Source: Acidobacteriota bacterium (GTDB lineage Bacteria; Acidobacteriota; UBA6911; JACQSX01). Taken from it: a DNA stretch of 16,636 nt. The notes beneath the pieces were generated by a model that worked only from the letters and a program-made list of their open reading frames with translations, had not been told where the DNA came from and ran no database searches. Location of the stretch: NCBI GenBank assembly GCA_036507075.1, contig DASXQR010000210.1:1-16636 (forward strand), in the 5' to 3' direction. This document shows positions 8,565-15,134 of this stretch, piece by piece. Positions within the stretch are counted from its first letter, which is position 1, and the number at the start of each line of letters is the position of its first letter. The translations under genes and the position numbers were made by a program.

Positions 8565-9262
8565 ATCCGGATCTTTCCGTCGTGATCCCCGCTTACAACG
8601 AAGCGGAACGTCTGCCGGCATCGCTCTCCAGGATCAGGAGCTATTTTGACAGCCAGTCCCTTGAATATGAAATCGTGATCGTCGACGATGGGTCCGTTGA
8701 TGGAACGCTGAAAGCAGCCGAGGAATTCCGGAATCGCTTTGCCCGGCTCAAAGTTCTCGCCAATGACTCCAATCGCGGCAAGGGATTCAGCGCCAGGAGA
8801 GGCTTTCTTGAAGCCGGCGGGGATCTGGTTTTGCTGACCGATGCTGATCTGAGCTCCCCGATTGAAGAATTTGAAAAACTGAGAGCCGGGCTGGAGGGTC
8901 ACCAGGGAGCAATCGGATCCAGGGCTCTGGCGGATAGCGACGTGTATCTCCACCAGTCTTTTTTCAGAGAGTTAAGCGGGAAATTCTTCAACCTGTTAAT
9001 GCGGTTGATTACAGGGTTAAAGTTTCGCGATACACAGTGCGGCTTTAAGCTGTTCCGGCGGGAACCTTTCCTGCCCGTGTTTCACGATCTTCGAATCGCC
9101 GGGTTCGCGTTTGATGTAGAGGTATTGTTTCTGGCAAAGAAAAGGGGTTTGAGAGTGGCGGAAATTCCGGTGCGGTGGGGGGATGTCGAAGGAACGAGGG
9201 TTGGGTTACTGCCCGGCGCGCGTTCCTTTCTGGAACTGCTGGCGATTCGATTGAGACTGTGA
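8561..9262 (+). CDS. GT2 glycosyltransferase, dolichyl-phosphate beta-glucosyltransferase-like
   Basis: LSVVIPAYNE, IVDDGS.DGT, NRGKG, DADLS, DTQCGFKLF, FAFDVE. The start overlaps the gltX stop (GTGA). Confidence 0.92.
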   Translation: MNPDLSVVIPAYNEAERLPASLSRIRSYFDSQSLEYEIVIVDDGSVDGTLKAAEEFRNRFARLKVLANDSNRGKGFSARRGFLEAGGDLVLLTDADLSSPIEEFEKLRAGLEGHQGAIGSRALADSDVYLHQSFFRELSGKFFNLLMRLITGLKFRDTQCGFKLFRREPFLPVFHDLRIAGFAFDVEVLFLAKKRGLRVAEIPVRWGDVEGTRVGLLPGARSFLELLAIRLRL

Positions 9263-9285
9263 GAAGCCGGCCAGGTTATGTTTGA

Positions 9286-9341
9286 ACCACAAAGGCACAA
9301 AGAACACAAAAGTCTCTTTGTGTTCTTTGTGCCTTTGTGGT
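9286..9341. repeat. Minimal hairpin of the 8/9-nt repeat family: perfect 25-bp stem, 6-nt loop
   Basis: ACCACAAAGGCACAAAGAACACAAA-AGTCTC-TTTGTGTTCTTTGTGCCTTTGTGGT. Confidence 0.9.
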
Positions 9342-9363
9342 GAGATCTTCCCAGGATTGAACA

Positions 9364-10410
9364 ATGACCCTGAAACTCCTGCCTGCTTTGCTGTTCATTT
9401 TCGTGCTGCTCCCGTCTTCCTACGCCGCCCAAAGACAGGCGCCTGCTCCCTTTAAGGCCAGGGCGGAAGAAGTAGTGATGCACGTTCTGTTCACCGACCG
9501 TTTTGGCAGATCAGTGGACAACATACGCCCGGATGAAGTGCGGATTTACGAAGATGGAGAGGAGCAGAAACTGAGCCGGCTTTTCGCATCCGAAGAGCCA
9601 TTTGATGTCGGCCTGCTGCTTGACACCAGCCCCAGCACACACGACGTGCTGGACTCGATTGTGGCGCAGTCTGCCGCTTTTCTGCGCCAGGTCACGGAAA
9701 GCAGCCGCATACTGCTGCTGAGTTTTGATGACGAGGTTTACATCGAATGCGATTGGACGGATGACTCCTCCAAGGTTGACGATGCTATTCGGGCCGTGCA
9801 TGGCAATAAAAAGGCCAATCACACTGTCCTGTACGACGCTGTGACGCTGGCGGCGGAAAAAAAGTTCTCCCGCAACAGCCTGCGCAAGGCGATGATTGTC
9901 TATACCGATGGCATTGATGAGGGAAGTTCGACCTCGGAACAACAATGCGTGAAAATCGTCGAAGAGTCCGGAATCCTGACATACACCATCCAGTTTGATT
10001 CCAGAGATCACTACCGCCGTCTGTACAATCCCGATCGCCGATCGCCTACCGATCCCTATCCGGACCCGCCGGTCGGTTCCACCGGAACGAAGGTGGGCGG
10101 CATTTTTGTAGGTCGAGGCGGTTCTGACCGGGATCGGGCCGAATACATGGCGCAGATGCGCTATGACCATGCCAAGAAATTTCTGACCAGGCTGGCGCAG
10201 GCCGGGGCGGGCCGGTATTACGAGACGCTGCGTGTCGGAAATCTGGGTGACGCTTACAGCAAAATCGTCCAGGAACTCTCTAAGACTTATACGGTAACGT
10301 ACGTTCCCGCGCGCCGCGAACGTGACGGCAAATTTCACCGCGTGAAGATCACGACCACGCGAGACGGAGTAGCCGTGCAGACCGCGCGTGAAGGCTACTT
10401 CGCGAAATAA
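9364..10410 (+). CDS. Secreted VWA-domain protein (acidobacterial VWFA-related type) with intact MIDAS
   Basis: Signal peptide; IYEDG; LLLDTSPS (DxSxS); T.LYDAV; RKAMIVYTDGID; C-terminal Y.VTYVP...DGKFHRVKI...REGYFA. Confidence 0.92.
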   Translation: MTLKLLPALLFIFVLLPSSYAAQRQAPAPFKARAEEVVMHVLFTDRFGRSVDNIRPDEVRIYEDGEEQKLSRLFASEEPFDVGLLLDTSPSTHDVLDSIVAQSAAFLRQVTESSRILLLSFDDEVYIECDWTDDSSKVDDAIRAVHGNKKANHTVLYDAVTLAAEKKFSRNSLRKAMIVYTDGIDEGSSTSEQQCVKIVEESGILTYTIQFDSRDHYRRLYNPDRRSPTDPYPDPPVGSTGTKVGGIFVGRGGSDRDRAEYMAQMRYDHAKKFLTRLAQAGAGRYYETLRVGNLGDAYSKIVQELSKTYTVTYVPARRERDGKFHRVKITTTRDGVAVQTAREGYFAK

Positions 10411-10418
10411 ATTCAACT

Positions 10419-10468
10419 GGCTTGGTGCCTTGGTGGTTCATTTTTTTCGGCAACCAAGACACCAAGCC
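10419..10468. repeat. Inside-out pair of 8-nt repeat arms (right-type arm followed by left-type arm)
   Basis: GGCTTGGTGCCTTGGTGGTT (10419-10438) then CAACCAAGACACCAAGCC (10451-10468). 16/18 complementary. Confidence 0.7.
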
Positions 10469-10483
10469 CGAACAGCCACGATT

Positions 10484-11176
10484 TTGCCGACTCCACGCCT
10501 TTTCCAGGTTGAGACTGATAAAGCCGGACGCATCTCAGCTTTGCATTATCCCGCAAGTCAGCAGCAAAAACCGGAAACCTTCCTCTTACTTGCCCATGGC
10601 GCGGGCGCCGGTCAGCGCAGCGACTTTATGGTTCGCTTCGCGCAGGGTCTGGCAGAGCGCGGGATTCAAGTCGTCACATTCAATTTTCCCTATATGGAAT
10701 CCGGCAGACGATTACCCGATCCCGGCGACAAACTGGAATCCTGCTACCGTGCGGTGGTTCTGAACGTTCGCCGGCAACTCTCTCCGTCCGGGCCACTGGT
10801 GATCGGAGGAAAATCTCTTGGCGGCCGGATTGCCTCCCAACTGGCGGCAAAGGATCGCGGCATTTCAGAACAGCTTTCCGGGCTGGTTTTTCTTGGTTAT
10901 CCGTTGCATCCGCCGGGCAAACCGCAGCAGCTCCGCGACCGGCATCTGGCAGGCATTCCTGTGCCGATGCTCTTCATTCAGGGCTCGCGTGATGCGTTTG
11001 GGACTCCCGCAGAACTGGAGCCGGTGCTGCAAAAAGTGGGAGATCAGGCAAAACTCTGGGTAGTTGAAGGCGGAGATCACTCGCTCAAAGTGCCGAAGAA
11101 GTCGGCAATGTCTCAGGAGGATGTTTATGAGCGAGCGATGGACGAGATCTGCAACTGGCTAGTTGCAAGGTGTTGA
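10484..11176 (+). CDS. Alpha/beta hydrolase (KANSL3/TEX30-like type)
   Basis: LLAHGAGAG, FNFPYM, GGKSLGGR (nucleophile elbow), GYPLHPPGKP, QGSRDAFG (Asp), GDHSL (His). Start uncertain: TTG at 10484 was chosen because the longer 10388 ORF overlaps the upstream gene and runs through a repeat. Confidence 0.88.
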   Translation: MPTPRLFQVETDKAGRISALHYPASQQQKPETFLLLAHGAGAGQRSDFMVRFAQGLAERGIQVVTFNFPYMESGRRLPDPGDKLESCYRAVVLNVRRQLSPSGPLVIGGKSLGGRIASQLAAKDRGISEQLSGLVFLGYPLHPPGKPQQLRDRHLAGIPVPMLFIQGSRDAFGTPAELEPVLQKVGDQAKLWVVEGGDHSLKVPKKSAMSQEDVYERAMDEICNWLVARC

Positions 11177-11638
11177 TTCGTTGATCACGTCAGCCGTGAG
11201 TTCGCCGTTGGCGTTGATTGTGATGTGCTGGGTGAGATGTATTTGGAAATTCGGAACCTGTCCTGCGCCAATGACATTGACGTGCCGCGTGAAAGTGGAC
11301 TCTACGGGAAGCGCTCGCACATTCAGTTCGTCGTTGTCAGCTTCATTGAAGCGATACGAGGTGCCTGTTACAAGGCCGGTTCCGGAGCCATTAATATTGG
11401 TATGGCTTGCAATGTGAAGACCGCCCGCTTGATCCTCGGTGATCCGGAATTGCAGATGAATGCTCCCCTCCACTGCCACTGTTTCACCATTGCAGCCGAA
11501 AGCGTCAAACCTGATGGGAATGGTTTCATTAATAACAACTTCGGCCTGTGCGGCGGCCGCAAAAAAGGCCAGGGCAATCACTGCCAGCGAAGCCACTTTG
11601 ACAGGCCACGAAAATACAAACCATTTGCTCTCTCTCAC
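11159..11638 (-). CDS. Secreted hypothetical protein, beta-strand-rich, two Cys
   Basis: Strong SD (AAGGAG) before the GTG start; signal peptide ending AQA; alternating polar/hydrophobic strands; 18-bp tail-to-tail overlap with the hydrolase. Confidence 0.78.
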   Translation of the reverse strand: MRESKWFVFSWPVKVASLAVIALAFFAAAAQAEVVINETIPIRFDAFGCNGETVAVEGSIHLQFRITEDQAGGLHIASHTNINGSGTGLVTGTSYRFNEADNDELNVRALPVESTFTRHVNVIGAGQVPNFQIHLTQHITINANGELTADVINESTPCN

Positions 11639-11899
11639 TTAATCTCCTTCGCCTCGGATCGAGATGGCTGTTGAAGCTGGCAGAGGGCGCTGACTGGGAT
11701 TGTTCGATGGCCATCTGCACAGCTAGGCTGGCGGTCCTATAAGCACATTGCGTTCCAGTGGAGTGAGGCCCATCACAAATTGATGCTTGTCCAGCGCTAT
11801 GTTCAATCAACGATGCACTTTAAAGGCGTCAAATCCTGCTGTGGGTCTTCAGACCTGCTGTTGAGTTCTTCTGCTAGTCAATCCGGCCGAGTCCGAAAG

Positions 11900-11945
11900 C
11901 GACAAAGTTTTGCCGGTGGTGTCAAAATTCTTTTACCGTTTTGAC
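11900..11945. promoter_or_regulatory. Candidate upstream activator sequences for a sigma-54 enhancer-binding protein
   Basis: Imperfect palindrome CGACAAAGTTTTGCCG (11900-11915) and GTCAAAA-N11-TTTTGAC (11921-11945), about 130-175 bp upstream of the -24/-12 element. Confidence 0.45.
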
Positions 11946-12075
11946 GGCGGCCCCACGCCGGATCCGACTCCCCTCTGAAGTCCACCACTACCTGTTGTTG
12001 AAAATAAAGCGGATCCGGTCTGAGCCCACACCTGCAAGCCCTGCTGCGATCCAAAGGTGATACCCCTCACAACGA

Positions 12076-12091
12076 TGGCATGGTACTTGCT
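12076..12091 (+). promoter_or_regulatory. Sigma-54 (RpoN) -24/-12 promoter
   Basis: TGGCATGGTACTTGCT matches TGGCA(C)N5TTGCW with exact GG-N10-GC spacing. Intergenic, 65 bp before the S8 peptidase start. Confidence 0.8.
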
Positions 12092-12156
12092 TAGTTATTC
12101 TGCGCAATCATCCCAAGGCACGTAAATAACAGAAACCTGACATTAAGGCTGAGATT

Positions 12157-13986
12157 ATGACAAGGGCGTTAAGATCAATCCCCCGAAAGAAGACTTTGGC
12201 TGCGGCATTCCTGCTTGTATTAATTTTCCCTGTCTCGCTTATAACGTCGTTCGGCAGAGTGAGCAGTCCGGAAAGCACCGACGTTCTGGCAAGGCACGAG
12301 CGCAAGATAGCGCCGATACTAAAGGATTATGTAGCTTACGCGGCTCTCAATCCCAGCGTCCAGGCCGAGCTGCCCGTTATTATCGAGGTGAGTCCCGAGT
12401 TTTTCAGCCGCAGTTACACGCCCGACGATCGCGCGGCGCGCAAGGCCGGGATGAACGCGCTTCCTTTAATTAACAGCTACACGGCCAGGTTAACCGCAGC
12501 CCAGATTCGTCTGCTGTTGGAGGCTGCTGAAGTTGAATACATTACCCTGGACGCCGCCATCACTACTTCCACTCTTGGTCCGACCGCGCAGGACATTCCG
12601 GTTGCGACGCTGGGAGGAGACCTGACCTTCTCGCGCGGGCTGGACGGAAGCGGTACCACCGTTGCTATCTTTGATTCAGGTGTTGGCTATCATGCGGACC
12701 TGACCTCCAGGGTTAGGGTTGCTGTCGACTTCACACTGGGAGTCCCCGTAATGAGACCGCTTAACACGGACTCGTACGGGCATGGCACGGCGGTCGCCGG
12801 AATAATCGCGGGAAACGGTCTCAAGTCCGCCGGTTCCCATGCCGGTGTTGCGCCTGCAACGAGCCTGGTCGATATTAAGGTCGTCGGCACCGATGGTTCC
12901 GGCACGACCAGTAATCTGATTGCGGCGATCGACTGGCTGATCCAAAACAAGACACAATACGATGTAAAGGCGGCGAATTTTTCCCTCGGCCATGCGCCAT
13001 TAGATTCTTACACGGTTGATCCCCTCTGTATGGCGGTAGAGCGGCTGGTTTCTTCCGGGATCGTGGCCGTAGTGGCGGCTGGGAACAATGGGAAGTACGC
13101 TCAGTATCCCAAGCTCTGGGGCGGAATTAACAGTCCTGCCAACCATCCCGCCGTGATCACTGTGGGAGCCATTAATACGCGCGGCACTGTCACGCATGCC
13201 GATGATATCGCGACGACCTACAGTTCGCGCGGGCCCACGTTCAAGGATAATCTTTTCAAGCCCGATATTTCTGCGCCGGGAAACCACATTGCTTCCTGTC
13301 TGAAGCCGGGCAGCTATCTTCAGGCTAGGTATCCGCAATTCGCCACTCCAGACTTGCAGTACATCTATCTGAGCGGTTCCAGCCTGGCCACAGGATTTGT
13401 CACCGGTACGGTCGCGCAGATGTTCCAGGCCAATCCCGCCCTCACGCCGAACATCGTGAAGGCTTTTCTGCTTCTTTCAGCAACAAAGCTGCAGCAGCCG
13501 CACCGTCTCGAGCAGGGCAACGGATTGCTGAACAATTACACGGCAGTCCGGTTGGCTGAAGCCGTCAATATGCAGTTGCAGATCCTACCGGACGGCGCGG
13601 TTCCTCCGAGCTGGACGCTGTCGACGCCCGACGGTCCGGAAACAGTCTGGAGCGGTGGAGCGTTTCCGGTCGGAAGTAAGATTCTGATTACTCAGTTGAT
13701 CAACGCGGGCGCCAGCCTGTCCTGGGGCGCCGGCGTGAACTGGACCGGGTCTATTAATCAGAACCAATCCGCCTGGACCGCCGGCCTTCTTGCTCCGGGA
13801 AGTATCTTCTGGTCTTCCGGAATCATCTGGGCCGAAGGAATTGTCTGGGCTGAAGGGATTGTCTGGTCTGAAGGCGTTATCTGGTCCGACGACATCGGCA
13901 CAGGAGACGGAGTAATCTGGTCGGATGGAATTGTCTGGTCCGAGAGTGTTGTCTGGTCTGATCATTCGTTTGAAGATCCGCAGTAG
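12157..13986 (+). CDS. Exported S8 (subtilisin-family, AprX-like) serine peptidase with C-terminal Trp hexapeptide repeats
   Basis: Signal peptide and prodomain (..VEYITLDA); Asp in AIFDSG, His in GHGTAVAG, oxyanion Asn in AAGN, FKPDISAPG, Ser in SGSSLA. Confidence 0.93.
   Translation: MTRALRSIPRKKTLAAAFLLVLIFPVSLITSFGRVSSPESTDVLARHERKIAPILKDYVAYAALNPSVQAELPVIIEVSPEFFSRSYTPDDRAARKAGMNALPLINSYTARLTAAQIRLLLEAAEVEYITLDAAITTSTLGPTAQDIPVATLGGDLTFSRGLDGSGTTVAIFDSGVGYHADLTSRVRVAVDFTLGVPVMRPLNTDSYGHGTAVAGIIAGNGLKSAGSHAGVAPATSLVDIKVVGTDGSGTTSNLIAAIDWLIQNKTQYDVKAANFSLGHAPLDSYTVDPLCMAVERLVSSGIVAVVAAGNNGKYAQYPKLWGGINSPANHPAVITVGAINTRGTVTHADDIATTYSSRGPTFKDNLFKPDISAPGNHIASCLKPGSYLQARYPQFATPDLQYIYLSGSSLATGFVTGTVAQMFQANPALTPNIVKAFLLLSATKLQQPHRLEQGNGLLNNYTAVRLAEAVNMQLQILPDGAVPPSWTLSTPDGPETVWSGGAFPVGSKILITQLINAGASLSWGAGVNWTGSINQNQSAWTAGLLAPGSIFWSSGIIWAEGIVWAEGIVWSEGVIWSDDIGTGDGVIWSDGIVWSESVVWSDHSFEDPQ
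13801..13962 (+). repeat. Coding 18-bp tandem repeat: nine in-register hexapeptides
   Basis: SIFWSS GIIWAE GIVWAE GIVWSE GVIWSD DIGTGD GVIWSD GIVWSE SVVWSD. Confidence 0.95.
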
Positions 13987-14042
13987 GAAAAACGTTGCGG
14001 GTTTAGCCGGCATTCGGTTCGATTTTTGTGGAAAGATAAGCA

Positions 14043-14810
14043 ATGGCTGGGGACGACATGGAGACCAGATTTAAGGCTCCGCCAAGGGAGAACGGGCTTC
14101 CGCATCCGGCAAAGCTTTACGTACTGTGTATTGTCGCTCTGAGCGTACCGGTGCTGGGCTTGAGCGTGTACCGGTCATTTTTCCAGGGGACGGCCTGGGT
14201 ATATTTGGCCGGACTCACGGTTTTTGCCAGCCTTTTTTCCGTTCGTATCCCGCTGCTCCACTTAAAATCCCACTCCTTGACGATTTCAGTGAACGACGCG
14301 TTTGTATTCGTGGCGATTCTGGTGTTCTCTCCCGAAGTGGCAGCGTCGATTGCCGCATTGGAAGGCTTCACGGGCAGCCTGAAATCGGGCGTAAAAAGAA
14401 CTTATAAAAAAGTATTCAATATTGGAGTCCTGTCGCTGGTGACCTTCGTTGTGGGAAGCGTGGTGCTTGAAATGAAGCGCGCCCTGTCTCCGACGCTGGC
14501 CCAAACAAGCTTTCTGCGAACGCTGGGAATTGTCCTGACCGGAGGAGTGATTTATTTCTTGCTGAACTCCGTGCTGGTCGCCTTTGCCATCGCGCTCACA
14601 TCGGGTAAAACCCTTGCCGAGGTATGGCGTCAGAATTTCGCCCTGTTGTGGTGGGCCTACCTGATCAATGCAGGCACCGCAGCGGTAATGTTCTATTATT
14701 TTAAGCCGGTGAATTGGGCGGTCCTGTTGATGGTAATTCCGCTGGCACTGGTTATCTGGACCTCCCGAAAGATCAGCCTCTCCCGCACCCCGCAGGCCGC
14801 TACTTCCTAG
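14043..14810 (+). CDS. Polytopic membrane protein resembling the N-terminal membrane-sensor (MASE9-like) region of HD-GYP/GGDEF/kinase proteins, with no output domain
   Basis: About 7-8 hydrophobic segments; motifs TISVNDAFVFVAILVF.PE.A, KKVFN, YFLLNS.LVA.AIAL...VWRQNF. Alternative start at 14058. The family call is from recollection, not a search. Confidence 0.7.
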   Translation: MAGDDMETRFKAPPRENGLPHPAKLYVLCIVALSVPVLGLSVYRSFFQGTAWVYLAGLTVFASLFSVRIPLLHLKSHSLTISVNDAFVFVAILVFSPEVAASIAALEGFTGSLKSGVKRTYKKVFNIGVLSLVTFVVGSVVLEMKRALSPTLAQTSFLRTLGIVLTGGVIYFLLNSVLVAFAIALTSGKTLAEVWRQNFALLWWAYLINAGTAAVMFYYFKPVNWAVLLMVIPLALVIWTSRKISLSRTPQAATS

Positions 14811-15028
14811 CTAGCCCGAATTATTCACAAAACTTCACCGCCAGGAACGCCAAGAGCGCTAAGAAAAGCGCAAAGGACGGGGGCCGAAACTTGAAGTATG
14901 AAAGCGCCACGAATACGTTTGACGTGGTTGATAACCTTCATACTTCAAGTTTCGGCCCCCGTCCTTTGCGCGCTCTTGGCGTTCTTGGCGTTCTTGGTGG
15001 TGAAGTTTTCTTGAATAATCCGGGCTAG
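14811..15028. mobile_element. 218-bp MITE-like nested hairpin flanked by CTAG at both ends
   Basis: CTAG-CCCGAATTATTCA...TGAATAATCCGGG-CTAG. Inside are 9-nt repeat arms (CACCGCCAGG-AACGCCAAG-AGCGCTAAG), then a perfect 35-bp inverted repeat (14868-14902 and 14937-14971) and a 34-nt loop. Confidence 0.8.
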
Positions 15029-15134
15029 TACCAGCCGCGTCATTTCTTCTCTTCCTTAATCGGACTTCCTGCGCTTAAGATGGAGAGCTTTCGGGAAGAC
15101 GCCAGAATCATTTCCGTCTTCTGCTCCTGAGAAA

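Noticed and set aside
1280..10416. Long antisense ORFs (1280-2086, 5992-6639, 7005-7760, 7764-8621, 8354-8953, 9511-10416)
   Set aside because: Shadow frames of well-supported plus-strand genes in GC-rich DNA. The Pro-rich 5992-6639 ORF simply mirrors the Gly-rich insert.
10388..10483. N-terminal extension of the hydrolase ORF
   Set aside because: It overlaps the VWA gene end and translates the inside-out repeat arms. The conserved fold starts later.
11640..11810. Riboswitch (c-di-GMP class) or ORF 11529-11810 upstream of the secreted protein
   Set aside because: Only scattered similarity. The conserved core motifs could not be placed by eye and the ORF has no coding hallmarks. An Infernal scan would settle it.
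11990..12012. IHF site between the enhancer dyads and the sigma-54 promoter
   Set aside because: TTGTTGAAAATAAAG is AT-rich and well placed but does not match WATCAA-N4-TTR adequately.
1055..15028. CRISPR array, suggested by 34-35-nt spacer-sized loops
   Set aside because: Flanks are inverted rather than direct repeats, are dispersed over 14 kb and differ between loci. No cas genes are present.
14714..15028. ORF 14714-15028, and ORFs 16247-16567 at the window end
   Set aside because: These are translations of repeat elements (TARNAKSAK / LGVLGVLG and VDVSVDV patterns), not credible proteins.
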